This document shows positions 24,239 through 44,375 of a DNA stretch of 53,064 bases, piece after piece; position 1 is the stretch's first letter, and the number at the start of each line of letters is the position of its first letter. The translations under genes were made by a program, and so were the position numbers. Under the pieces are notes generated by a model. It saw nothing but the letters and a program-made list of their open reading frames with translations, ran no database searches and was not told the origin of the DNA. The stretch is from Paraglomus brasilianum (Eukaryota), in NCBI GenBank assembly GCA_910592345.1, contig CAJVPI010000111.1, forward strand, positions 1 through 53,064, in the 5' to 3' direction.

Positions 24239-25687
24239 CTATTGACCTATCCTTTCGTAAAAAAGCATGTATGCTTCCTCTTTAAGAACCGATTCCAAAT
24301 CGACTTCTCTTATATCCTCGTCTGACGTACGCCACCACTTTCTGTCTCGATGCTTCCGTCGATAAGTGACAAAATGTCCATTGCGATGATCACCTTGATG
24401 CACTATTACTGACTTTAGTCGATATGTTAACGAGTTGATCCGCGTATTTCGCATTGAACGCTGGTCACTGCTTCGCGAGCTTCCAGCTGCCATTAGTGTA
24501 GGAGACGAAAGTGGTGATCCTGCTTTGGAATGCAGCTCACTCGGCATATTTGCCAAATAGCCCGTCGGAGAATATGTCGACATGTCTACAATCTCTGGAA
24601 AGTTGACTTGACAAGTATTTTTCACAGTCATCCCCGTAAATCCTGTCATACCAGGAACGAAAATAGTACGCGATAAATGTATAGCCAGAACCAGCGGTAA
24701 TTTTGCAAACATCGTTTGCTTTGATGCTGGAGTCGGCATACGTTTTAGGGGCATTGCCTCAAGAAGCGTGTCTAGATTTTCGTTGTTATCGTTTTCTAAA
24801 GCATTCTTTATAAGCAGTCTTTCAACACCCAATTTCTGCCTGAGCTTGGTTGCTTCTTTTCCCGGGATTCGTTTTAACTGGAAAATTTTATCCTCAACAG
24901 CTATCAAGGTTTCAGATAAACTGCAACGACGGCAATTAAATTCGTCCAGAAATTCGATACCAGCATAAGACCGAAGCACTTGGTCCAAGGTACAGCTGGA
25001 CGTTTGTGGAAGAGGGATTGATACATGATCAAAAGTAGCATGCCTAATTGGACCAGAATAGCCACACCTCATGCAAGATACTCGGCAGGCTGTCAAACCG
25101 AGTAGCGGATTCCTTTCAGAATTCAGCGTGAATGGATAACTGTCCTTGTGACCTGCCATATAACGAACAGTCCGCACGTCAAACAAAGATTTTGGTCGAC
25201 GCAATTCTTCATCTTCATCGGTCAGCGCTTGCGATAACAAAGCAAACAGTTCGTGTGCGTCTTGCTGCTCACGATTGAGTAAGCTTTTTGCATTGGTTCG
25301 AAGAGCCCAAACGACTTCTGTTGGAAGAAAAGACTGCCGCTTCTGCAAAGGTTCGTTAAGTCGACCGAGGGTATGCTGAAGAGCGATCGTGACGTTAAAA
25401 TTATTATTTGGTAGGGCGCAGGAAGTTCTTTTGTCTAAATAGGATCGCAAGTAATCGAGAGAAGCAAGAGCTTGCAGCACTGCATTCAAGAAACAGGTAT
25501 TGCTCCCTTGGTTAACTAGGCCATTGACATAAGTTTTGGGAACATCCCTTATTCTTTTCGAGCGGCGTCTTTTCCTCTTGGTACGCTTGCTTTTTTTTGA
25601 AGTAACAAGTATTGGCACGAAAAGAACGAGCGCCGCTGCGACTGTCGCTGCGGCTATTGGTGCTGCGTCTCTGATAAGATCTAGCAT
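24239..25687 (-). CDS. Ubiquitin-specific protease (C19) with N-terminal transmembrane anchor, USP30/Ubp16-like; intronless
   Basis: Hydrophobic AAATVAAALVLFVPILV then a basic patch; Cys box GLVNQGSNTCFLNAVLQAL; QQDAHE; His box HQGDHRNGHFVTYRR; WWRTSD. First ATG at 25687. Confidence 0.92.
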   Translation of the reverse strand: MLDLIRDAAPIAAATVAAALVLFVPILVTSKKSKRTKRKRRRSKRIRDVPKTYVNGLVNQGSNTCFLNAVLQALASLDYLRSYLDKRTSCALPNNNFNVTIALQHTLGRLNEPLQKRQSFLPTEVVWALRTNAKSLLNREQQDAHELFALLSQALTDEDEELRRPKSLFDVRTVRYMAGHKDSYPFTLNSERNPLLGLTACRVSCMRCGYSGPIRHATFDHVSIPLPQTSSCTLDQVLRSYAGIEFLDEFNCRRCSLSETLIAVEDKIFQLKRIPGKEATKLRQKLGVERLLIKNALENDNNENLDTLLEAMPLKRMPTPASKQTMFAKLPLVLAIHLSRTIFVPGMTGFTGMTVKNTCQVNFPEIVDMSTYSPTGYLANMPSELHSKAGSPLSSPTLMAAGSSRSSDQRSMRNTRINSLTYRLKSVIVHQGDHRNGHFVTYRRKHRDRKWWRTSDEDIREVDLESVLKEEAYMLFYERIGQ

Positions 25688-25747
25688 AGTATAAAGTGGA
25701 ATGAGATTGTCGACCAAAGATTTTACACTAACACTTTTAGATTTTTT

Positions 25748-25926
25748 ATCACGTGATTCGGTTCTACATACTTATCTGACAAAACTTGACGCTGCGGCCT
25801 TGATTTTTGAGAATAACAATATAAAACGAGTCTTGCTGTGACTGTTTCGCTGCATCGCTGACAAGATCCGACATTTTTACAACCAAAGTCTCAAGAGGCA
25901 AACTTTTTGACATAAATCACGTGATT
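25748..25926. promoter_or_regulatory. Bidirectional promoter with two palindromic TCACGTGA E-boxes
   Basis: ATCACGTGAT at 25748-25757 and AATCACGTGATT at 25915-25926, in the 286-bp gap between the divergent USP and ArgRS starts. Confidence 0.55.
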
Positions 25927-25973
25927 GATTAAATAGTTATTACTATAAAATTATTATCAGACTTGACGCTTCA

Positions 25974-28236
25974 ATGTCGACTCAACATACTGAACAAGTT
26001 GCAGCCCAAGATAAAATTTCGTCGATTGGCCTTGAAGTGAAAGGCGCAGACTTGGAAAATAACATTCTTGATGCATTTCGCAGTCGAATAGCCGTTGCCA
26101 TTGCAGAGCTTTCCGAGAAATCAGCCGATGACATATTTGCGTTGTTAGACGCTCCCAAGAATCCAGAACACGGAGACTTTGCGCTTGCTGTACCCAGGTT
26201 ACGAGTAAAAGGCAATCCTGCGCAATTTGCAAAAAGCTGGGCCGAAAAGGTGAACGTTACATTGGGTATATCTCTTTTCTAATGGATGACTTGACATGTA
26301 TCCACCCAAGGGCTGACTTTTGGCAGAACATGCTCCATTAGTTTGTAGCAAACGAATACATCGTTTCAGCAGCGGCAACCGGGCCCTACTTGAATTTTAA
26401 GATCTCCCACGCGTTGCTCGCCAAAACTCTTCTAAATCACATTTACGGAAAGAAGGAAAATTATGGTGTTAATCAAACGGGAGTAGGTAAAACCGCGTTG
26501 GTCGAATTTAGCAGCCCCAATATTGCAAAGCCATTCCACGCAGGACACTTGCGAAGCACGATAATAGGCAATTTTATAAAAAATGTTCATGAGGCAAACG
26601 GATGGAAGACAATTGGATTAAACTATCTTGGTGATTGGGGAAAGCAATATGGTAATCAAATACAGACTTTGCGTATATGTCTGTCTGTATAAAAAAAACC
26701 CCCACTCATCACAAAAATTTAATGTCAAGGTATTCTGGCTGTTGGTTTCGAGAAGTATGGATCAGAAGAAGAGCTCCTTACTGATCCTATAAAACATTTA
26801 TATGATGTCTATGTCAAAATTAACGTGAGTTATCAAAGTCTAGAAGTCTTGTTTAAATTAGTTGTAACTCAAAGACTCTTTTTACATAAAAATTACAGGC
26901 GGACGCTGAAAATGATGATGATGTCAATGTGCGGGCGCGCGCCTATTTCAAAAAGATGGAAGATGGTAAGCCCAAAACGTTTTTGATATATTATAGTGGC
27001 TATCCGAGATAACGAATTAAATGTACTGAATTACGCGTTAGGTGACGAAGAGGCACTTGCCCTGTGGAGGAAATTCAGGGACCTCAGCATTGGAAAGTAT
27101 AAAAATACGTATGCTCGCCTCAACGTTAATTTTGATGTGTATTCTGGGGAATCTCAAGTGCCGAATGAGAAAATTCTAAACGCCTTGGCTGTCTTGAAAG
27201 AGAAAAATCTTGTTCAAGAGTCGAATGGTGCATTGATTATCGATTTAAAGAAATACAAATTGGACGTGGTAGTTGTCCAGAAGCAAGACGGCACTACGCT
27301 CTATATTACGCGAGACATTGGCGCAGCTATAGATCGATATGAGAAATATAATTTTGACGCCATGTATTACGTCATTGCATCTCAACAGGATTTACATATG
27401 TCACAGCTTTTTAAAATTTTGGAATTAATGGGAAACGAATGGGTGAGTCGTTGCAAACATATAAACTTTGGGTTGGTCAAAGGTATGAGCACTCGCAAGG
27501 GAACGGCCGTTTTCTTGGATGAAATTCTTGAACAAACAAAAATAAGTATGCACAACGTCATGAAGCAAAATGAGACAAAGTATGAACAAATTGATAATCC
27601 GGAAGAGATTGCTGATATTGTCGGAATTTCTGCTACGATGATTCAAGACATGTCCGCAAAAAGGTAGTGCAAAGTTCTTTCCTTTATACCTAAGCAAGCT
27701 TTGCTACTCACCTATTTTTTATTTTTTTTCGTTTGCAGAATTCGTAACTATGACTTCAATTGGGATCGTATGTTTTCTTTTGAAGGTATGCTAACAAGTT
27801 ATATCAGTATCGTAAACTAATGGCTTTTCTTTTCAGGACGTCTTTGTTCACATAAAGTTCTTCCCTAGGTGATACGGGTCCTTATCTTCAGTATGCTCAT
27901 ACTCGTCTCTGTTCGATTGAACGTAACTGCGGTTTAGACATTAACCCAGATGTGGACGTCAGCCTGCTCACTGAACGTCCTGCAATAGACCTCATTAGTA
28001 TGATTGCACAGTATCCAGATGTGGTTAAAGGTGCATTGCGTAGTTTGGAGCCATGTACAGTAGTTACATATGCCATGAAGTTAAGCCATACTGTGTCTGT
28101 AGCTTTGGAAACCTTGTGGGTTATGGGAGCACCAAAAGATTTGGCAGAGGCAAGGTTATTAATGTATTGGGCCACTCGAATTACACTGGGGAATTCGTTA
28201 AAGTTGTTGGGTTTGAAACCTTTAGAAAGGATGTGA
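25974..28236 (+). CDS. RARS: Arginyl-tRNA synthetase, multi-exon
   Basis: VEFSSPNIAKPFHAGHLRSTIIG (HIGH motif), NYLGDWGKQYG, DGTTLYITRDI, GMSTRKG, GDTGPYLQYAH, ends LGLKPLERM*. Confidence 0.97.
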
Positions 28237-28618
28237 GAAGAAATAAAGATGCCTAAACGGCTATATATGAGTAATCGTTGATGGCGTATCAGGTCTAAAT
28301 GAAGAATTACACAAGTCGATGCCATTCACTACTGCGGATGAATAGGCCTACTCACTATATGATATCTTTTTGGGCATGGCAGTAGAGAAGTTCGCTGCCT
28401 GTCAAAATTTTTTCTGCAACAGTGAAAGATGCCGATGGTTATGATGCCGCAAAAATAAACATTTGCAATAATCCAAATAGTGTTACCAATGAAAATTTTC
28501 CTTATTCTAAGTGATTTTTTCAATTGACAATTTTATATAATATGAGTAAATGAGATGCGATCACTCTACTTTTTCTTCGAATAATTACGAAGTGTGGTTT
28601 TATTTGAAACATAAAAAA

Positions 28619-29608
28619 TTAGGCTAAACAAAAAAATAGCCAGTTAGTCATGCGAACAAATGCTGTGTGTCTTACAAAAAAAAACCTTAACGGCTTTACG
28701 CTTACATCTGGGTGCTTCTTTGTAGGAAATAGCAGATTCTTCGCCCATTGCGGTAATGATAGTAATCAACAGTTCTTTGCCTAGAGATTGGAGACAAATA
28801 AATGTATTGTATAAATCCGTTACAATCCAAACGTTGGCAATTTCTCCAATTAATGTTATTCATAATATTACCTTCATCAAAGTCGGCATTGATCTTCTCA
28901 CCCAATTCACCTTCAGGGAGACGGACATCGTCTTTAGTACTGCCATCGCTATTCATCAAACTCAAGAAGCCGTCATCAATGTTTAGAAGTGAATATTCAG
29001 TACCTGGTTATTATCAAGTTAATTGTTAGAAAGCGCAACCAACCGATTTTGCATAGAAATTTATAATACGACAGTGTAACTTACGAGTGACGTTTGGCAC
29101 ATCCATGTTATGAGTGGATGGGGAAATGTCTGTTTGTATAGGATTTAAGATCAACGTCAGTGTGCCTTTGATTTTAGACTAGTCGACTAGCTGCAACATT
29201 AGATAACCGTACCTTCAAGTTTCTTGCCAGTGAAAATATCTAAACCAACGAGATGAACTTTCTACATGATTACAGCGGCCATCGATTCACCCAGTATTAC
29301 CTCATGTGGATCATATAACAGCAGTAAAGTTACAACCATCAAATATCATACCGCGTGACCATGTTTTCCAGTTTTACTCGTACTCATTTCCACGATCTTG
29401 CAAGGTCTCCCTTTGAGTACAACATATCCGTTCTATAACGTATGCCAAACATATTCACGAATTCAGCCACCTAAAGCCGATAGTGACATTATAAACATGT
29501 GACTTTATAACAACAGACCTTTCTTAGGGCAGAACATTGCATAGGATACGTCGCTGACGCTCCCGATCCACCAGTACCAAAGTCCTCATGGTGCGCTTCC
29601 TCACTCAT
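28619..29608 (-). CDS. EIF5A: Translation factor eIF5A, multi-exon
   Basis: Spliced reading TYPMQCSALRK|NGYVVLKGRPCKIVEMSTSKTGKHGHA|KVHLVGLDIFTGKK (hypusine motif STSKTGKHG); a final micro-exon gives KEAPRS*. Confidence 0.96.
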
Positions 29609-30332
29609 TATTTTGTAAACGTGCTATCGGAAACCAACTTACGAGAATAAAGGCAGAAAGACAACGTGAGAGGTGCTTAGGCGAGGGAGGTGAGATTAAC
29701 CGTGCAAGAAAAAAATAAATGAATATGCAAGTTGGGCTCGTTGAGCCCGAGTTTGCGTTACGAAAATTCATTATTGAAAGGGATGATTGGCGGAAAATTT
29801 TTATCGTGGTACGTAGATAATAGCAGTGACTATATCAAAAACTACGAACAAAGGCAAACTAAACTGCCTGATATCTCGCTAGGGCAGAGAATTAGGGCTT
29901 CCGGAAGAAGTAGAGAAAGATATCTTGCGGAAATGGTATTACTATTACCGAATACAGGTGGAGCGATTAAGCTTAAAATCTGGCAAGAAAACCAAAAGTT
30001 TTTCTACATTGATAGTGGGACTGCTCTTCTATCGAATCATATGAAACTATTTACGGAGAAAATCGCGGTTTGAACCGATACACATGATAAGCGAGTTATT
30101 TCTTACAACGAAAACTGCTTCTCCATAGTAACAGTCCAATGAGCAATTTACATTTGTGTGAGCCGCAATTATTATTATACGATTTTTAACTACACCCGAA
30201 ATTCAGTTTTTTGAACATTCAATTGCCGCGTTTCCCTCAATAGGAAATGATCGGTGACAAGAATTCTGCTCATCGTGCCACAAGCGCAGAGAAAATATTT
30301 CGCCACACACTCAGCAAATGTAATCCAGAGAT

Positions 30333-30835
30333 ATGTTTGGCCCTTTTCGACCAAGTTTGATCGCTTTAGGTGGACTCGTATGGTAACTGCGATGGTCGGT
30401 AACTTAAACCTATAATGTTATTCGCGTCATCTAATTAATTAATCTGAATTTTCAGGAAGTCGCCTTCGAGAATGAGTCGAACAAGAAAGGTAAATGTAAG
30501 GAAACGTTTGAGAGCTGTCGATAACGTGATCGAAACATTAGTAAAGTCTGGAGTTAAATGTAAGGCTTTGGTAAGTCTTATCACATATTATGCAACAAGA
30601 AAGCCTTTGCTGCCTTTAAATCCCAATTGATATTTATTTATACCGATTCTTTCTGATTATTATATTGTTGCGTCATCTTTAGGAAGTAGCAAAGCAACTA
30701 CCGAAAGAGTCGGAAATGCCTCCATGTAATAAGTACACGGTATTTAGCAGAAAGCATAAGGGTTATAGGAAGGCATTACACAAAGTACCTAAATTTACCA
30801 AAGTTACCATGAGAACTCCTCCTCCAGGCTTCTAG
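30333..30835 (+). CDS. MRPL31: Mitochondrial ribosomal protein mL60 (3 exons; absent from the ORF track)
   Basis: MFGPFRPSLIALGGLVW|KSPSRMSRTRKVNVRKRLRAVDNVI...|...NKYTVFSRKHKGYRKALHKVPKFTK..PPGF*, matching fungal MrpL31. Confidence 0.9.
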
Positions 30836-30948
30836 TACACGATCCGTACACCACACAAATACAATTATATTTACACAGCGGTACTTCACAATTTTATTGA
30901 TTAGTTAGATTCTGTACAAAATAAGTGAGGACTGCAATTGCATGCATG

Positions 30949-36926
<5,978 letters not shown>

Positions 36927-39900
36927 CGTCGGTCTCTATTGACAGGGACTTGCTGTCGGTCGTAATACTAAGGACTGTAGGTTGTTAAGAGTCGGTATGT
37001 ATGGCGAGAAGCGCTTTTATGGATCTTATTTGGGGCATTATGCCCATTTAGTCGCATACAAAATTTTACAATAGACCAATCATACAATAAACGACGATTC
37101 GATCATTGATGACTTAGGAGTGAATCTAAGCCACCAGAGGCGATGTATCACAATTGTTGGGTACCCGTACTGTTACCTACTCATTTTCGGATACCTGTTT
37201 TGGTACCCAATTGGCTTTATATTCCATGTTTGCTCGCGCCAAGACCGAGGTGGAAAGGGTTGCTCGTGAGGGTAATTAATGACTGTATGCCAACGATAAA
37301 TATACTGTGTGTCTGCACCACTATCACCGGGTACTCACATTGACATTTGAAATAAAGATTTTTTGTTAATTTGACGAGTCACGACCCACATACTCCCACG
37401 AGATTGTTATATCAATTCTAACTACTTTTTTTGAAGTACGGTAATTGGAAAACTTGTCTTTTCCGTAACTACGGGCTTCAGATCCGAGTACTATTGTATT
37501 CCATTTCAGCTTGCATTGACGTGCTATTACTATTGTATTAAACGTTGAATTAAGACATTCGGCAGCATTATTTTCAGAGGAGGCAAGAGATACGCCTTCT
37601 TGAATTGATCGAATATTGATTCACTATTCCAAACCATGGGTTCCCCTACCCTTGCCGTTCTCTGGTAACTTGTGACCATACTTGCATCCGCTGGCGATAA
37701 AGATAAAAAGATGTCTGATAAATGGATACACTTGTCTAACGAAGAGATTTTCTCCGGTTTCGAACGCAAAATTTAATTTACCCTTCCCCAATCAAAGGAT
37801 CTCTTGTCAATCATAGGAAAGTTCAATACAAACTTTTTAATTCTTCACGAGACAATACAGTGGCCACCAGAAATCATATGATTATTCGGTTAATTTCAAA
37901 TTGGGGAATAATAATAACATTTGTGTTATTATTTCCAAATTCTCCTTTATGCGTTGCTTGCTCATCCTTGAGAACTTTTCGCAAGCGACGATTAACATGA
38001 AACACTTGGTATCGATATGCATTAATGGTATCTTACAATTACAATTACTTGGTTTAAGGTATTGAGTGGGATGACGTCATTATACGTCATCATATAGGAA
38101 GTAATTGTCACGCATGCTATGAAACTAATGGAAACACTGTTATGAGTAAAATTGGAGAGTACGCAATCGCGAATTCAATTACTGCGTATTTGCGAGATCT
38201 TTGCGCTAGACATCCAGCGGAGATAGGGTTTACGATCCGATATAATTAATGGTCAGACTGGATAATGATAATGACAGTGGGTTATACAAACTGCAGCCAA
38301 AGTGTACCCAACCAATAAAATTTCATAGACCTTATGCAATGCCCTGAAATCAACGTCTCACAAGAAAATCTTCCCTAATCAATATTTTGATGCTAAAAGA
38401 ATCACACTTTATTACAAGAATGATAACAAATGTCTTTCTAATACATATACTATATTTCTTAATCAATTGTACTATTATATAGGATCACTATCATCTGTAT
38501 ATCCGCAGTACAATTCAGTTAATTTTTACTTGTTTTCTACCGACAATACGATATGACAAGCGTTGACTGTTAAAGTTGATGTTTCAGTAACGATAATATT
38601 TGAATAAGTTTTAAATGGTCTGCTAACAAGAATCGTTTTTGGCAAATAAAGAATCACTCTCTATGGACACATTCTCTGTAAAGTAATAGTACAGATGTGA
38701 AATGACAGTCAATGATAGACATTATATAACCTGTTACTTATTGGTGTTGCCTGATTCTACAAAAATGCTATGAGCGCCAGACATCGATGGCCACTTTCTC
38801 AATCTCAGATACTTTGCTCGTTAAGGTGGAGCTGATCTTCTCATGGAGCGATCTTATCAGACGAGTAGCGCTTGATCAATACACTTCTATATTTGTGCGA
38901 CAGTAACACAAACAAATCAGCAAATGATCGCCGTTGGACAATGAATGACGAGTGATACATACTGAGTTATTATAGGAAACACACACAAGTCTGTAAGATG
39001 AGTGCAAGACAATGTTATGTGAGAAAGGGCTCAAAAGCCATAGCAACTATAATGTGTGACAATTAGCTCTCACCACACGAAGCGGATTCTGATAGACTTT
39101 ATAAATTTCAAGAACTAAAATGTAGCTATGTGTGTATCCAATTTGCTGCCACACTCCATATTTGATTGTTATTGCACAGCTGTATAATATGCCACGTTAT
39201 CGTAAACGGGATATACTACGAGTTGTTTCACCTCCTTGAGTATGCATTTTGTGTGCCAAACATCCGTGAGCCAGAGACAGGTGGTTGATGAGGTCGTATG
39301 CTTACGATAAACTACTCCAGCCACTTTAAAATGAAATGCAGCATGGAAATCTGTCCAACTTTAAAGCAGGGGAATGAATAAATGTGTTTGATGCTGATGG
39401 CGTATCCAGATTTGAACAGTTGTTGGTTGTGCTGTACATAATTCAATGCTGTTCATGAACGTAGAACTACTCACAAAATTGTCAAACGGTGATGAACGCA
39501 TTTGCGACTGATAGTCTCCAACAAAACCGTCGAAGCGCACGCTCCGCAACAAGATGTCAGTAACATAGACTCCATCCGCAGTAGCGCATTGGCACAACTG
39601 TATACGACAGCATGGTACCACAACATATGGTTTGGCGTCCAATATTTCTCATTCATAAATTAATAAGTACAGCAAATAGTAATAGTTATACTGTATATCT
39701 CATGCAATCCTATGTTCGAACAACTATTAATAATAAAATAAATTAAACAAACAAATATACGATCGAAACGAAATATAAATGACTAAAAGTAAACTATCAT
39801 TAATATTAATTTCGCTACGAGACAAGCTGGATAGGCTAAGCATTAAGAGCGCTATGAGATCAAACCTTCCCTGTAGGAAATCGCAAGTATAGTATACGTG

Positions 39901-42739
39901 AACTGATAAACACCATCACAAATACAGGCTGAGAAAGAGATTTAACTTATCAGTAGGAAGGAAACTTCCAATCTCAAATGTTGTATCCTAATCTGTTTAC
40001 TAGCAACAATGGTGGACAAACCGAGGGACTTGTGGCGGCTTTAAAACATTAAACAAGCGATACATGCAGTAGAAGCAAAAGTAAGGATAAATAAAATTAA
40101 GGGGAAAAAAATTAGATGGTCAGTGACTTAATTGGATTTTTGCAAATAAGGATATGTAATAGTAAAAGATTCAATGAGAATTGGGAGTTGGGGAGAAACC
40201 AAAGGCACGTGAAGTATATAAAATAGCAAACTAATATAGAATTTAATCAGTTTCCTCTGAACTGGCGAAGGTTGCAACAAAGATTGTTATTGACTAGAAG
40301 GGTTGTAAAATTTATTGGAAGGCTCCTACACGTGTACCTTGTAAAGAATGTGGCAAGTTGACATTCTCTATATTTTGTGCATGTAGAGAAAATTCCGGAA
40401 AATATTGGTTTCGAGATTATAACAGATTTGAACGAGTAATTCTATTTTCGAACACTTACTCGCTCCGCAAGTAAAAATCCGTCTCAAGTCAAAAATTTTT
40501 TAGGATGAACAAAAGATATGTAAGCTAAATAAAATGGGTTTAGAACGTCCTAAATTTTTCAAGCTTTTCACTCTTTTTTCAAAAAACAACAACAGATATC
40601 TCATATATGTTATTCCGACATATGAGAAACAGTTTAATTCTTTTTTAGTTTTTCTTAGAACACCTAGGGCAAGAAGAACAAGCTTTCTCCTATAATAGAA
40701 ACCGTCCTAGGAAAGAAAAGTTCCCTAGAACGCGTCCTAAGACTTCTAAGATGAGTACTAAAGTTACGTAGAAAAAAAATACAACGTAAAATGTCAAGCT
40801 CTAATGAAAAAGAATGCTATTGTTGAGCGGGAGAGCTTCAGTGATCGGCCTTGGGATTTAGTCTTTCAATCGAGACTTGGCTAACGATTTGTATACGCAG
40901 ATTCTCGATTGTCAATTACACTGCAGTTACAATTCTACCTTCTATCGATGGGATTAATTTCGATAGTCCGTAGGACGTCAGGGAATGATTATACTCCAAA
41001 ATAAACCGCATTTATTATGTGTAATAATTAACAATCGTGTTCAGCCAATTTCAAGATTCAATGGACAAGATCGAATCTACTAGCGATTTCGGAACCTGCC
41101 AGCGTATTTTAAGGTCCAATAATTATATTATCTATTATATAAATGATAAATTGTTAATACAAGTAAGGGATTTTTAGATTCAAAGAACAGAAACCCAAAA
41201 AATAATGTTAGCTAGCGAAAGTACTACTACTCTGTTTCACTAACTAACTAACTATTACACATAAGTGATCTGAAATATTAAATATACGTTGGCACTATTA
41301 ATTTGATTTAATGTGGCCAAAACCTAAAGCCATCCCTACTATTAGTAAGTTTCTAACTTCACCACTTTCCATTCTGATTAGGTTTGAGTAACCCGTTTTA
41401 GTTTTAGCAAATGAAGCTAATTAATACTCCAAAAAAGAATTCTCGGAAAGTAAGCATTTTTTGTAACGTTTGCTGTTGGTTTGGATTTTGTCCAAGCAAA
41501 GTTTTTCTCTTTACAATATTTATTGCGTTTGGTGTGATGTAAATAATTTAGTAACTATTCGTTTATTCATTACAACAGATGCGTATTAATTCTAGAATGT
41601 TCCTAATGCCATAAAAATATTGCTGTGTCATTTCTTATTGCATAAGTTAGCTCTCATGCCTCCAAAAAGACCTAGACATAGTTTATGGTATGCCTTCGAA
41701 GGCAACAGCGGTGTCTCCCAGCGAATACGTGTCCTGATAACGAACCCAGTGTTTGCGACATTCAAAAAAAAGAGAAAATTTATCGTGTGCTGCGAGCACA
41801 ATTATTTTTAAAGTAAAAGCTCCTGAAGACAACAAATATAAAATTTTAAACTATGCTTTACTCCACGAACATCAAGAAAATTTCATCAACTTAACTTTAG
41901 GATATCAAAACTTAACCCGATAATAACCAGGGTTCATGATAATCAGGCAGGTATTGTAACTGACGATTTTGTGGATTCGGGCGTTGGGACAGAGCAGTGT
42001 GTACATAGAGTAGGGTAGATATTGTAATATATCACGAGTTTGTTGGAGCAACTTTATGATTCAGCGCTGGGGCATAAAGTCGAACATAAATGAATTACAC
42101 GCGTCGGTTGTGAAATGGTTAATTTAACTAACGCGTATTCTTTGATTGATTTTTGTTATTACGTACGTATTAATAGCTGATCGTTCCATTCAAGCTATTT
42201 TCGTCCATGTTATTTAAATACTATTACTGACATACAAATAGATAAAGTAGATAAAGTCAATATTAGAACAAACATTGATTCAACCAGTGTCGAATGGCCA
42301 AGTGAGCCAACGAAACTGAGATCGTTATTATTGATCAGTTGGGGACTGGCACATGCTACAGCTGGTACATTTGGTGCACGAGATACAGTCGCAATTCCTG
42401 AGAGACTAGGAGGTTCAGAAAATCGCTTAATTAGCAAATATGTGGGAGACATTAAAGGCATCGCTATTGACATCTTGAACTAGCATTTAAAGCAAGCTAC
42501 ATTTTATTTTACATGTACGTTTGTCAAACCAGATCCGTCTCCAAATCCACAAGAACAAATAATTTCAAGTCAAGATTAGATAATATTGTACACATAAAAT
42601 GTTGTGAGCAGTTAAATTTTTATCATGAATTAGATAAATAAAGGAAGACGCCAAAGTCAACCAAATAGCCTGAAGAAACGTATAAAATTAAAATTGAGGA
42701 AAAAAAAGCAATACCATTATATGTCTTATAGTTCCAACC

Positions 42740-43027
42740 CCAACTCCTTGACACAGTTATCAAATCGGTTGTTGTTAATAAGAAATCCATTGACCTCGTT
42801 TCGTAAGACCAACAAAATTGTCAACCTTTATCACAGCTTCACTTCAAGTTTTCTTTCTGTAAGCTGTCTTTTATAGCCACGACGCATCGAGGGGAACAGC
42901 AAAAGGATTGATTGCAGCGACTGTCGTTCCCGCTGCCGATTCCATCACTGTTTCGCTTAAGAAGCTTTCCACTCTCCAAATACCTTCGCAAAATTCGCTC
43001 CAAAGTCCCATGGTTTATGGTTGTCAC
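42740..43027 (-). mobile_element. Possible IS630/Tc1-like transposase N-terminal HTH remnant
   Basis: INHGTLERILRRYLESG resembles the Tc1-type homeodomain-like HTH; no catalytic motifs recognised. Confidence 0.3.
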
Positions 43028-43572
43028 AAAATGCTAATGACTTTAAAGTATATATTAATATTCCCAATGAGATTTAGTTAAGGATTTTGAACGGAAATAA
43101 TAAAGCATCGTGCATTACCTGAGAAATTGGATAAAATAGATAGAGACAAGCCGAACAAGTAACAAAAGTTATGATTTTTTCGGGGCTTGTTGCGTTTTTT
43201 TCAAGGTATTTGATATCGACTTGAAATAACAGTCTAAACCAAAAAGTTTATAGCGTCACATTCGCAAGACACTGCGTTCCCACTACCTAACTATTGCTTG
43301 TTTAAAAGGGGAAATCCTTAATTAAAATTCACATGAGTAGCTTGGAAATGAGTGGACAGAATCTAAAGAAAGTGAACACTTCGTGGGATAAACTCAAATT
43401 AAAACAAGACCACGGCCAAACCATTATTCTAATTTTTATGGTTACTGTGATTACTACGTGTATTACTGTAAACTAACCCCCTAAAGTTTGTTGTTTACGT
43501 GACGGTTTGCCGATCTTTTTTTTTTTTTTTTAACACCCCCATGAAAAATAGCTAGTCATAAATCTTGACATC

Positions 43573-44375
43573 ATGGACACACTACCAACAACGCAAACAA
43601 CGTTCAATGACGATGATAGTGACGAAGAGGATACAGAAGAGAACTGTGAAGATGAAATTGAAGAAGAAGACAATGGACAGATTCACAGCAATGACTTTGT
43701 AGAACGCCCAGCAGATCCCAAAACCAACGCCAGCATCTTGTTGATCGTGGGTCCTAAGTAGCGGTACTAACGTCAGTCGCTGCGATTCCAGAGGCTCAAA
43801 AATGTCTGAAGTGAGTAGTCTATTATATCGTCAGAGATCATGTTGGTGATAACTATGTTAATTACAGATTTTTTTTTTTCGCTTGTAGCCTTGATTCTCT
43901 GATGAAATCTTTCTTTTCACCAAACGATTGGAAAGAAATAGCTGAATCAGATATACCGGATGTTTCTTGAAAAGGTTTGTTAAAATTTTGTCTCGTTATA
44001 TCATTTAAAAATGCTGCTACTTAATTAATGTAGGATTACTAAATATCTTTCTGTTTATTCTTTTCTTCTAACTCTTATTATCACACAGTGTCGAAAACTT
44101 GAAAGGACTCGAGCTTCCTGTTTCGGAGGCTACTGGGCCTCTTCACAACGCAGAAATGAAGGGCCTCGGTAATTCTCCGTGCTGCGCAAGAAATCCTCGA
44201 AGGTTTTGATGCACTTATGAGGTACTGTATTCTCATTGCTATTGTAATTAATATTATACAGTGTCTTATCCCCAGTTATTCATCTCATTTCAGAAGTCAT
44301 TTGTATAACAGCCGAACAGAGCGAAATACCTGTGGTCGACATGCCTCTCTATTGTCGACTCGCAGGGGAATTTAG
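43573..44375 (+). pseudogene. Degenerate intron-containing gene of unknown function
   Basis: Acidic ORF followed by three GT-AG intron-like segments and exon-like pieces (DSLMKSFFSPNDWKEIAE) broken by stops. Confidence 0.4.

Noticed and set aside
29732..30073. 113-aa ORF between eIF5A and MRPL31
   Set aside because: Non-ATG start, lies in a divergent promoter, no recognisable motif.
37500..42600. Short ORFs and TE-like scraps (e.g. MPPKRPRHSLWYAF near 41656)
   Set aside because: No diagnostic motifs; probably decayed elements, but not supportable.
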